DNA from: Pseudomonadota bacterium | Lineage (GTDB): Bacteria; Bdellovibrionota_B; Oligoflexia; Silvanigrellales; Silvanigrellaceae | Assembly (NCBI GenBank): GCA_039799905.1 | Contig: JBDLRP010000001.1 | Coordinates: 1 to 64,000 of the forward strand | DNA: 64,000 bases | Direction: 5' to 3' | In this document: positions 56,175 through 64,000 of the stretch, in pieces | Layout: each line of letters opens with the position of its first letter | Numbering within the stretch: the stretch's first letter is position 1 | The notes under the pieces: generated by a model | Told to the model about the DNA's origin: nothing | Seen by the model: the letters and a program-made list of their open reading frames with translations, nothing else | Databases searched by the model: none | Translations under genes and position numbers: made by a program

Positions 56175-58754
56175 ATGAAAGCGAATACTTTCGTTGCAGG
56201 GCTCGCAGACAAAATCAAAAGCGCTTGGCTGGGGGTGCGGCAACAGTCTTCACCCGCCTTGATGTTTATCTTCATCGCCTCTTTTGTCTGTCTCTATGGC
56301 GCCTTTGCGATCCAGCGACGGGCACAACCCGACGCGAAAGTCTCCAATCTGAACAAATCAGGCATCACGCACCTGCAGCTCACCGACTGGGTTGCTGAGT
56401 ACTTCGCCTGCCAAAACGGCCAATGCAAAAGGGTTCTTAAAAAGTTGCCGAACGGCACTTACGAAGTCGCCGGCGAAAAGCTACCGCTCGGGCGTGGCCG
56501 CTATATCGATGATTCTTCTTTTTCCGTGCGTCCGACGCACGTGAAGCTCAGCCACAGAATCAATGAGACTGAAGGCAAAGAACTCAGCGAAAAATGGCCG
56601 AAGGAAAAACCCGTCATTGCCCTGACCGAACAGCCTGTCTGCGCTGAAAGCTCTTGCCGCAACGAAGACATCACTGTCCCGCTGAACCGGCTCACCGTCG
56701 GCGACAAAACGTGGATACAATTTGATTCACACGTCGGAAAAAACGGTCACTTCGGACCCCAGACTTTTCCGCCGCTGGTTGTCGGCTTGGGTCACGCACA
56801 CAAGATCTTTGCGCAAAAGGATTTTTTCCAGAGCGGAATTATCTTTGAACTCGCCTTCACTCTCTTGGCACCGCTCTTTGCACTGGCCATCACCGTGTGG
56901 GTGGGCATGCCGCTTCTCTACACGAGTTTCGCACAGTTTCTCACAGCCCGCGCCGCATGGTCGCTGTTCGCCGCGGATACATTTCTTGCCGAGCCGGTTT
57001 TGTTTCCGATCATTGGCGCGAAAAACAGCTTTGCACTCGCGCTCTTTTTCACCGGCTGGATGGCCGCGTCATTGGCAAACTTTCTGTGTGCATTATGGAT
57101 GAACCGCAGCATCGCCAGAGAGCGTTTCAACACAATCTGGGCGGTGACATCAGTGCTGGCACTTGCTGCGGCGTACGCATTTCCGGCGGGAAGCCCTGCG
57201 GCAGGAATGTATCTGAGGGCTATCGATTCGCTGCTTGTGCTTTCCGGAGCAATCTTGACCGGACTTGTTTATTTTGCGCTGACTTCCGCAGACTGGAATG
57301 CAAGGCTTGCAAACACAATCAGAATGCACTCAAAGGTCGAAATGTCTACGCGCTGGCGCGAGCAGTTGACGGGACTTTGCTGCAGCTTTTCGGTCGCCGC
57401 GCTGTTTTCATTTTGGATGATGTTCGCATCGCGCGGCGATGGATTCATGTTTCAATGGGGTTCTTTCATTTTACCAGTCAGCATGGCGTGCGTCCTCATG
57501 TATTCAACGCCGCAGCTGACACCAGCCGACGTCCAAATCCAGAAAGACTTCGTCATTCAGCAAGAAACGCTTGTAAAATTACTCTCGCAACTTGGCACCT
57601 TCAGGCATCGTGTTCAAGCGATCAGCCTGGTTGTGAATTTCTGCAACCGCGAACTGCCCAAACTCGGCTTTGAAACGCCAGTTTTCTCCGAACAAAAACC
57701 GGCACCACTCAATGATGAGGAGGCCGCCCTGTTCGAAGTTGTGGTCGAGGCCAATGTCAAAGGGCCACATCAGTCGTTCGGCTGGCTCGTAGCGCGCGCG
57801 CAAAAACGCACAGAGACTACAGCAATGGGTGAGCGCATCATTGAGGCGCTCACCACCGCACTGTCGCAACACTTGGATTCGATCATCCGCGGCGGTCTTC
57901 TAGAAAGCGAGGTCAACTCGGCACAGAAATTTGTGCCACGCGACCTGATGCGGCTGTTTTCAATTAACACCCTGGGCGCCATCGACAATCAGCAGGAGTT
58001 CAATTGCAACGGAACCGCCGTTTGTGTTTTCCTCAGGACAAACAACAGAGCGCGCGAAAACGAAGACACTGCAGATCGGCCGCTGACTCTCGAGCTGAAC
58101 GAGCTTTTTGCCAAGGGCGTCAACGATTTCGGCGGCTACATCGTCAATCAGGAAGGCTGTCGCTGGACAATTCTTTTCCGCGAGCAGAACTCCTCCGCGC
58201 TGCGCTGGATCGAAACAACACAGGTCGCCATCCGCAATTGGAACCAGCACCGTCAGGGTCTGGGTCTCTCTACCCACGAGATTGCCTTCGGGGCACACAC
58301 GACTCAACTCTGCCTGCGATTCACAGATAATTCAGGCCAACTGCGTCCGTGGATCACCTTCGACACTCAAGGCATTGCCGCGACACTCGCTGAAGTGGCA
58401 ACCGATTACTCGGCAACCACTCTGCTGAGTCAGGACTACGTCAACAGCCTCATGAAAGCCCCAAGTGCAAACACATTGCCTGATGGGGTTCGCCCGCTCG
58501 ACAGAGTTTGGAACAGAAGCAAAACCGCAACGGTCGACGTCTTCGAATTTTTCGGCGGAGATTCCGACCTGCGCAGGGCCGCTAAGCAGCGTTCGGCTGA
58601 TCTTTTTTCACAGGGCATTCGCCTTTATCTCACCGGCTATTTTGATGGTGCCCGGTCGATCATGAGCCAAATTCTCGAATCCGACCCGCACGACAAGGCC
58701 GCACAACGCCTGATGGGCACCTTGTCGCAAAGCGAGGACCTGCGCGCCGCCTGA
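56175..58754 (+). CDS. Multi-TM sensor protein with a catalytically degenerate class III cyclase domain and TPR-like tail
   Basis: About 7 TMs; FVPRDL, FGGYIV, IAFGAH, RPLDRV..K...VFE and P.DKAA; catalytic Asp/Asn/Arg absent. Confidence 0.7.
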   Translation: MKANTFVAGLADKIKSAWLGVRQQSSPALMFIFIASFVCLYGAFAIQRRAQPDAKVSNLNKSGITHLQLTDWVAEYFACQNGQCKRVLKKLPNGTYEVAGEKLPLGRGRYIDDSSFSVRPTHVKLSHRINETEGKELSEKWPKEKPVIALTEQPVCAESSCRNEDITVPLNRLTVGDKTWIQFDSHVGKNGHFGPQTFPPLVVGLGHAHKIFAQKDFFQSGIIFELAFTLLAPLFALAITVWVGMPLLYTSFAQFLTARAAWSLFAADTFLAEPVLFPIIGAKNSFALALFFTGWMAASLANFLCALWMNRSIARERFNTIWAVTSVLALAAAYAFPAGSPAAGMYLRAIDSLLVLSGAILTGLVYFALTSADWNARLANTIRMHSKVEMSTRWREQLTGLCCSFSVAALFSFWMMFASRGDGFMFQWGSFILPVSMACVLMYSTPQLTPADVQIQKDFVIQQETLVKLLSQLGTFRHRVQAISLVVNFCNRELPKLGFETPVFSEQKPAPLNDEEAALFEVVVEANVKGPHQSFGWLVARAQKRTETTAMGERIIEALTTALSQHLDSIIRGGLLESEVNSAQKFVPRDLMRLFSINTLGAIDNQQEFNCNGTAVCVFLRTNNRARENEDTADRPLTLELNELFAKGVNDFGGYIVNQEGCRWTILFREQNSSALRWIETTQVAIRNWNQHRQGLGLSTHEIAFGAHTTQLCLRFTDNSGQLRPWITFDTQGIAATLAEVATDYSATTLLSQDYVNSLMKAPSANTLPDGVRPLDRVWNRSKTATVDVFEFFGGDSDLRRAAKQRSADLFSQGIRLYLTGYFDGARSIMSQILESDPHDKAAQRLMGTLSQSEDLRAA

Positions 58755-58857
58755 TCAACAAGGCCAAGCGGAGGGCATTGTAAGCCTAAAACGGATAATC
58801 TTGTCGCCTTGGAGGAAGGGTGTTAGGCACTTCTGCGGAAAGGCGGCGGCAAGCAAA

Positions 58858-59859
58858 ATGACCGGAAAAGTCCTGTCTCTTCACAGAAACGAATACTATT
58901 ACGAACACTCGCCGAGCGTTCGTCATCTGCTCGCTGGTCCTGTCGCCCCTGAACTCGTTTCCACATACTCGACCCGCGAGACGCTCGACACCTTCATTAA
59001 AAACTTGGCCGCAGCCCTGAATATCCCCTCTGAGCTCGTGACGCTGTATCACGGCGCGGAGGATGCGCTGTTCAAGATTCTCAGCTGGGCGGCCGGACGT
59101 CAGATGACAGTCCATACCACCAGCTCCGGCTGGGCCGAATATATGCGCATGATGCAGGGACTCGAGCTGGAAGTTAAACTGACAAACCTTAAAGCAACTG
59201 CCGAACAGTACTCCCACCCGACCGAAGAATTCGAATTGGCACTCGCCCAGGAGCCTGCCCGTTGTCTGGTCTTGTTGGCTTCGCCGAACAACCCAACCGG
59301 ACACGAAGTCTCGGCTGAGGAAATCATTCGGCTCGCCAAACGCTTCTCACAGCACGTTTTTTTAATTGATAAAGTCTACAATGAGTTTTCGGCTGAGACG
59401 TTCGCTCCGCTTTCCCGCTACGAGAACATCATCAGCGTGGGCAGCTTCAGCAAATTTTTTGGACTCCCCGGCCTGCGCGTCGGATTTGCTGTGGGAAGAG
59501 TGCCCGCAGTACAAACAATGGCTCTCGGTCCGAGTCCCTGGGCATTGCAGATCTGCGACGCAGCGCTCAGCGATCGCGATTACTACAATTCCAATTGGCA
59601 GCACATGCGCAACACCTGCAGGTTGCTGCAGGATATCCAATCCAGCGCTGGTCATTTTCTAAAAACCCAAGCACCTTTTGTACTTTTTCGCTGCAGTGAA
59701 CTGATCACGCCGCAGGCCGTCAGCACAGCGCAGCAGGCGGTTGCCCTGCGCGGAAAAATCATCACCTTGCAGCCGCAAATAGAAATCCGCTGGAGCCTTG
59801 GTTCACCCGAAGCCTACCAGCGGATTACAGAGTGTATCCGTCAATTGGAAAATCAATAA
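58858..59859 (+). CDS. PLP-dependent class I/II aminotransferase (HisC/CobD-like)
   Basis: L..NE, SPNNPTG, D..Y and SFSKFFGLPGLRVG. Confidence 0.8.
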   Translation: MTGKVLSLHRNEYYYEHSPSVRHLLAGPVAPELVSTYSTRETLDTFIKNLAAALNIPSELVTLYHGAEDALFKILSWAAGRQMTVHTTSSGWAEYMRMMQGLELEVKLTNLKATAEQYSHPTEEFELALAQEPARCLVLLASPNNPTGHEVSAEEIIRLAKRFSQHVFLIDKVYNEFSAETFAPLSRYENIISVGSFSKFFGLPGLRVGFAVGRVPAVQTMALGPSPWALQICDAALSDRDYYNSNWQHMRNTCRLLQDIQSSAGHFLKTQAPFVLFRCSELITPQAVSTAQQAVALRGKIITLQPQIEIRWSLGSPEAYQRITECIRQLENQ

Positions 59860-59861
59860 AC

Positions 59862-60704
59862 TTACTGGCGCAAGAGTTCCAAAGCCATTTTTGGAACCTG
59901 ATTCGACTGCGACAACACGCTCGTACCGGCCTGCATCAGAATATTGTTGCGGGTCAATTCGGCCGACTCATCAGCAATGTCGACATCCTTGATACGGCTG
60001 TTTGCAGCACTGAGGTTTTCAACACTGATGCCGATGTTGTTGATGGTCGAAATCAGACGGTTCTGCATAGCACCCAAGTCGCCGCGCAACGAAGAAATGT
60101 AGTCGAGGGCTGCGTCCACCTTCGCCAAACTCTTTTGCGCCCCATCCTTGGTTGAAATATTCAAATCCGCAATACCGATTTTGTCGGTGTTGGCATCGGC
60201 GCGTGAAGCATCGTAGCTGATACGGTCGACGCCCAGGATGTTTTCACCGCCGGTATTGACCTGAATATCAAGTGAACCACCGGTACCGTCGAGCAGGTTG
60301 GTGCCGTTGAAGTCAGTCCCGTTTGCAATTCGGTCGACTTCCGACTTTAGCGCCTGATACTCGTTGTCGAGATAAACGCGTTCTGCAGGACCGATAGTGT
60401 CCGAGGCAGCCTGAACGCCCAACTCACGCATGCGTACGAGGATGTTCTGAACTTCGTTCAGACCGCCTTCGGCTACCTGCACAAGTGAGATGCCATCGTT
60501 GGCATTTCGCTGCGCCACCTGCAAACCGCGAATCTTCGCCCTCAACTTCTCGCTGATTGCCAGACCAGCGGCATCGTCACCCGCTTTGTTGATCCGGTAA
60601 CCCGAAGCCAATCGCTCCAAGCTCTGATCCAAGAGCCTACGAGTATTCCTCAAATGCCGTTGACCGGTCACCGAGGATGTATTGGTCATTATGCGAAAGC
60701 CCAT
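59862..60704 (-). CDS. fliC: Flagellin
   Basis: LASGYRINKAGDDAAGLAIS, RMRELGVQA, LGAMQNRL and SRIKDVD. Confidence 0.97.
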   Translation of the reverse strand: MGFRIMTNTSSVTGQRHLRNTRRLLDQSLERLASGYRINKAGDDAAGLAISEKLRAKIRGLQVAQRNANDGISLVQVAEGGLNEVQNILVRMRELGVQAASDTIGPAERVYLDNEYQALKSEVDRIANGTDFNGTNLLDGTGGSLDIQVNTGGENILGVDRISYDASRADANTDKIGIADLNISTKDGAQKSLAKVDAALDYISSLRGDLGAMQNRLISTINNIGISVENLSAANSRIKDVDIADESAELTRNNILMQAGTSVLSQSNQVPKMALELLRQ

Positions 60705-60733
60705 AGCCTTCTCCAGTTACAAAGCCCGTGCAG

Positions 60734-60749
60734 GCGCGATACGAGCCAG
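60734..60749 (-). promoter_or_regulatory. Possible sigma-54 promoter for flagellin (TGGCTCG-N4-GCGC)
   Basis: GG-N10-GC spacing on the minus strand, about 30 nt upstream of the ATG. Confidence 0.35.
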
Positions 60750-60979
60750 TGCTATTTTGAGGCTAACAAAACTTTTTTGAGCATCCTATCCTAAACTGTC
60801 AAAGTTTTTGGCGGCAAACTTGAACCTCAAGCTTGAAAACCATATTTTACGCGGGTGTTCCGGCAAGCTTGACAAAATCTTGGGGTAGATGTTCCTTAGT
60901 TGAACTAGACTCCATCATGATTGTCGACAGCCCGAAAGAGACGCGCGGACGGGCGCAAACGAAAAAAGGAATTTTCGTC

Positions 60980-61861
60980 ATGAAACGTACCGACGAGAAT
61001 CGCTATCCTCAGAGTGCGGAATTGTTTAAGTTCTGCAAAGAAGCGCTCAACATCAAACACTCCTTTGAGGTTAAGGTCATCGACCAGCACGTCGGGGCAA
61101 TTCTCGGGTTTGATCCGGCCGATTGCAGCCACTGGAAGAAGGGCAAAAAGAACATCAAGTCTCTTGATACAGTGAAGGCGATTGCCCAGCACCTTGACGT
61201 CGCTGAACGGGATGTTCTCGATATCATCGCCGGACGCGCAGACGTTGAGGAGTCTCTTCAAGAGTACAAGGGCTATGGTCTGTCAGGCCTGTCGGCAAAG
61301 CAGCTGGACGAACTCAAGCGCGAGTACTTCAAGAATACGGCCCGCTTCCAGACGCTCCTTGGTGTTCAGAATTTCGACGAATTGGTCGACCTCAAGCGCG
61401 ATGTGACAGTGGCCCACGCCGAAGAACTCCTCCTCCGAGCACGCGTTGGAGCCCTTCCGGTCATGCTTCCTGAAGTTTTGGAAATCCTGGATTCTGGAAT
61501 TCGAGTCGTCGAAGGGTCGGCACAACAATCAACGGCAGTGACGGTCCAGACGACAGACGGTGTGACGACAATCACCCACCGTGCCGGTATCATGAAGCCC
61601 TATCTGCGGTTCATGATCGCCCGTGAAATCGGCCGTCACTTGCTTATCGGCCAGCAGCAGCTTCCGGAACTGCAACCCCTTGTTGATATTCGGCTGAATA
61701 TTTTTGCAAGCGCCCTTCTGATTCCAACTTCACTGCTGCAGGCAGCTCTCCGTCATGCCGACCCGTCTAGCGATCCGGTGGAGCAACTCTCGGTCTTGTT
61801 CTGGGTTCCGCGTTCCGTGGTTTCAGCCCGCCTCAAAGATTTTATTGTCACGCAAAACTGA
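60980..61861 (+). CDS. HTH-like N-terminus plus degenerate ImmA/IrrE (M78) domain; probable regulator
   Basis: DQHVGAILGFDPADCSHWKKG resembles an XRE HTH; RFMIAREIGR replaces RFTxAHELGH; NIFASALLIP. Confidence 0.7.
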   Translation: MKRTDENRYPQSAELFKFCKEALNIKHSFEVKVIDQHVGAILGFDPADCSHWKKGKKNIKSLDTVKAIAQHLDVAERDVLDIIAGRADVEESLQEYKGYGLSGLSAKQLDELKREYFKNTARFQTLLGVQNFDELVDLKRDVTVAHAEELLLRARVGALPVMLPEVLEILDSGIRVVEGSAQQSTAVTVQTTDGVTTITHRAGIMKPYLRFMIAREIGRHLLIGQQQLPELQPLVDIRLNIFASALLIPTSLLQAALRHADPSSDPVEQLSVLFWVPRSVVSARLKDFIVTQN

Positions 61862-61948
61862 TATAGGGTCTCCCATCAACAGCAGAGCAGCAGCTGAGCC
61901 GGCCGAATTGCCGAGAAATCTGTTGCTTTGGCGTCTGAGGAGACATTC

Positions 61949-62836
61949 ATGGACAACCTTTTGGTATACTCAGCTCTGGGATTGGCCGCTTTCACATCAC
62001 TTGCGGCTCTCTATTTTTTTGTCGGACGCATCAAACTGCAGGACAAAGTCAGCTCACTTGAGGAAAAACTGACCCTCGAGCAGGCCAAACGGACCGAAAT
62101 GTCGCTGGCAAGGGCTCCGGCACAGAAAAAAGCAGACACCCAAAAATCACAAACAGACAATCAAAAACATGCGGCAGAAATCGTTGAGCTCAGAAAAAAC
62201 AACTCCCACCTGAAGGATGAAGTCAAACAGCTCAAGTCGGAGCTGCGCACCTCGGAGAGCTTACTGAAAGAGTTCAACAGCCGGAGCGAGGGCGAAATGT
62301 TCAAGCTTCGTGCTGAGAACCAAGCGCTCATTGAGCGGATCCGCGACATGGAGAGCAACTCTGCCGACAAAAAGAGGGCCGCGATCCTCGAAACAGAGCT
62401 CACCGACACGAAAACCGTATTGAGGACCGCGCAGAGCGAGCTCAGTGCAACGCAGCAAAAGCTCAAAAGCGAACGGGCGGCCGCCGATAAATTCAAGGTA
62501 ACGGCGGAGACTCTGCAACAGCAGGTGCGCGAGCTCAAAAATCGCATTCCTGACGTAGAACAGGAAGAAACGGTCAAAATTGATCCCAAGGCGTTTGCGC
62601 GCTGGAAGGACCGTGCGCTGACAGCCCGGCAAATGTACAAAATGATGCGGCAAATGCGTGAGCTTTCCGACATCAAGCTTGCGACCTATCAGGAAGCTGT
62701 CGTCGACGTTTCCCGCACGCTTCTCACCATAAAGGGCGTTGAGTCTCCGACGGTCGCACCGCAGGAAAATAAAGCTGACCGCTATCTCGCAGAAGCATGG
62801 GCACTCATTCAGCCTGACACTTCTGTCAACGCATAG
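61949..62836 (+). CDS. Membrane-anchored coiled-coil protein
   Basis: N-terminal TM and heptad-rich body; GAGGAG SD. Confidence 0.75.
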   Translation: MDNLLVYSALGLAAFTSLAALYFFVGRIKLQDKVSSLEEKLTLEQAKRTEMSLARAPAQKKADTQKSQTDNQKHAAEIVELRKNNSHLKDEVKQLKSELRTSESLLKEFNSRSEGEMFKLRAENQALIERIRDMESNSADKKRAAILETELTDTKTVLRTAQSELSATQQKLKSERAAADKFKVTAETLQQQVRELKNRIPDVEQEETVKIDPKAFARWKDRALTARQMYKMMRQMRELSDIKLATYQEAVVDVSRTLLTIKGVESPTVAPQENKADRYLAEAWALIQPDTSVNA

Positions 62837-62977
62837 TGTAAATCTTGCCGCTTTCCTCTTCCCGTTCCTGCCGATACCCCGTGTGAACAGCCGAGCCACT
62901 CTTGCGAGTTAAGGTTCTGCAATTCTCAACTGAGGGAACGGGTGCAAAAGCATTCTCGGACAAACAACACAACAACA

Positions 62978-64000
62978 ATGAGCGCGCGGACAGTCCGCCT
63001 GCCCGTGAGTCGTGTCTGCCGCGTCTGCATCACTCTCTGCATGAGCCTTTTTCTCTTCAAGGCTGGGAGCTTGCAGGCCAGTGAACCTACGAATGCCAAT
63101 CTGGTTGTCGAAGACCGATCGGCTGACCTGACTCCACCTGCATCACGCTGGAACAAGGAAATATTTCTCGAACCCAAAACTATCCGGCCGAGTGTCAAAA
63201 CACTCAAAATGAGGATCGAAGCAGAAAAGCGCAAACCTGAGATTGCCGAACCAATCGTACTGCGCCTGAAAACAACAGAACTGCGGCCGTTGCTTGCGCA
63301 ACTCTCCAGTGATGCTGCATTCCGAAAATTTACCACCAACCCCAAGTACAACTTCTCACTGATGAAAAATCTCGAGGCACGAATTGAAAAAAAGGCCTCC
63401 GACACTCCAGAGCAACCTTCGCGCAAGCCTGCGGTCGCTCTTCTGACCTTGAATGCATGGGATTTGAGTTGGCTAGACCTCGAGAAACTCTCACATGCGC
63501 TTGCATTCCCAAGTCTGGAACCGTTCATTCCCGTCGATGAAATCCGCTCGCTGAAAAGCGGTGAACTTGCGACAAAAGAGCGCTGGATGGGTCACTTTGC
63601 AAACCGATTCGCAGAGGTCAAAGCCAAGACAGAACAATGGTTCGAAAGCAATTCGGGAAGCATGCAGATGCCCATCAGCGCACTGCTGCCCGATCATATG
63701 CGTCTGCTGCTCGGTCGCTACTCACCATTCCGCGGGCGCAACTGCTTTGCAACAGCCCTGCAGTTTGCAGATGCTGGAATCATTCAGGCGAAGAACATCA
63801 ACCTTGTACGTGAGGCCGGACACAGCCTTGCGCTCATCAATCACGATGAGTTCAGTCATGCCCTTTGGCTAGGGTATGACGAGCTGACACCGCAACAGGT
63901 CGGGTCAGGTTTACAATATGGCGACATTATTGCAATTATTGACGGCGACGACCGTGTAGCCTACACTTCACTCAAACACGCTGCCGTCCACATTGTCGGC
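62978..64000 (+). CDS. Partial (runs off the window) secreted protein with NlpC/P60 papain-like motifs
   Basis: Manual translation is open from ATG 62978 to the end: signal-like N-terminus, ...GRNCFATAL...LQYGDIIAI...KHAAVHIVG. Not in the ORF track. Confidence 0.65.
   Translation, partial: MSARTVRLPVSRVCRVCITLCMSLFLFKAGSLQASEPTNANLVVEDRSADLTPPASRWNKEIFLEPKTIRPSVKTLKMRIEAEKRKPEIAEPIVLRLKTTELRPLLAQLSSDAAFRKFTTNPKYNFSLMKNLEARIEKKASDTPEQPSRKPAVALLTLNAWDLSWLDLEKLSHALAFPSLEPFIPVDEIRSLKSGELATKERWMGHFANRFAEVKAKTEQWFESNSGSMQMPISALLPDHMRLLLGRYSPFRGRNCFATALQFADAGIIQAKNINLVREAGHSLALINHDEFSHALWLGYDELTPQQVGSGLQYGDIIAIIDGDDRVAYTSLKHAAVHIVG

Noticed and set aside
56897..57673. 258-aa alternate-frame ORF
   Set aside because: Nested within the TM region of 56175; composition does not look like a real protein.
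62926..63528. 200-aa minus-strand ORF
   Set aside because: The plus-strand frame from 62978 is longer and carries recognisable motifs.

Overview
A gene-dense bacterial chromosomal window of about 55 CDSs. I saw no tRNA, rRNA, CRISPR array, prophage or IS element. The gene content suggests a Bdellovibrionota/Oligoflexia-like organism (inference): several PilZ proteins, many lipoproteins and secreted hydrolases, an MGFRIxTN-type flagellin and FliA-like promoter motifs. Core genes include ilvA, kdsA, folD, rsgA, mutS2, lepA, ruvAB, an opp-type ABC operon, murI and flagellin. These are interleaved with secreted proteases and hydrolases and with cyclic-nucleotide signalling genes. The most striking observation is a translationally coupled pair: a catalytically degenerate KdsA paralog followed by kdsA. 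The catalytic copy has lost the subunit-interdigitating residues (PAFLxR Arg->Asp, KKGQF Phe->His) that the dead copy retains, which suggests an obligate heteromeric KDO8P synthase. Other oddities are several full-length pseudo-enzymes (ImmA/IrrE-like, adenylate-cyclase-like, ABC1-kinase-like), an FN3 domain inserted into OppC, a Cys-nucleophile esterase, a trypsin with a very large insertion and a recurring sigma-28-like promoter motif. All calls come from reading motifs by eye; no searches were run.
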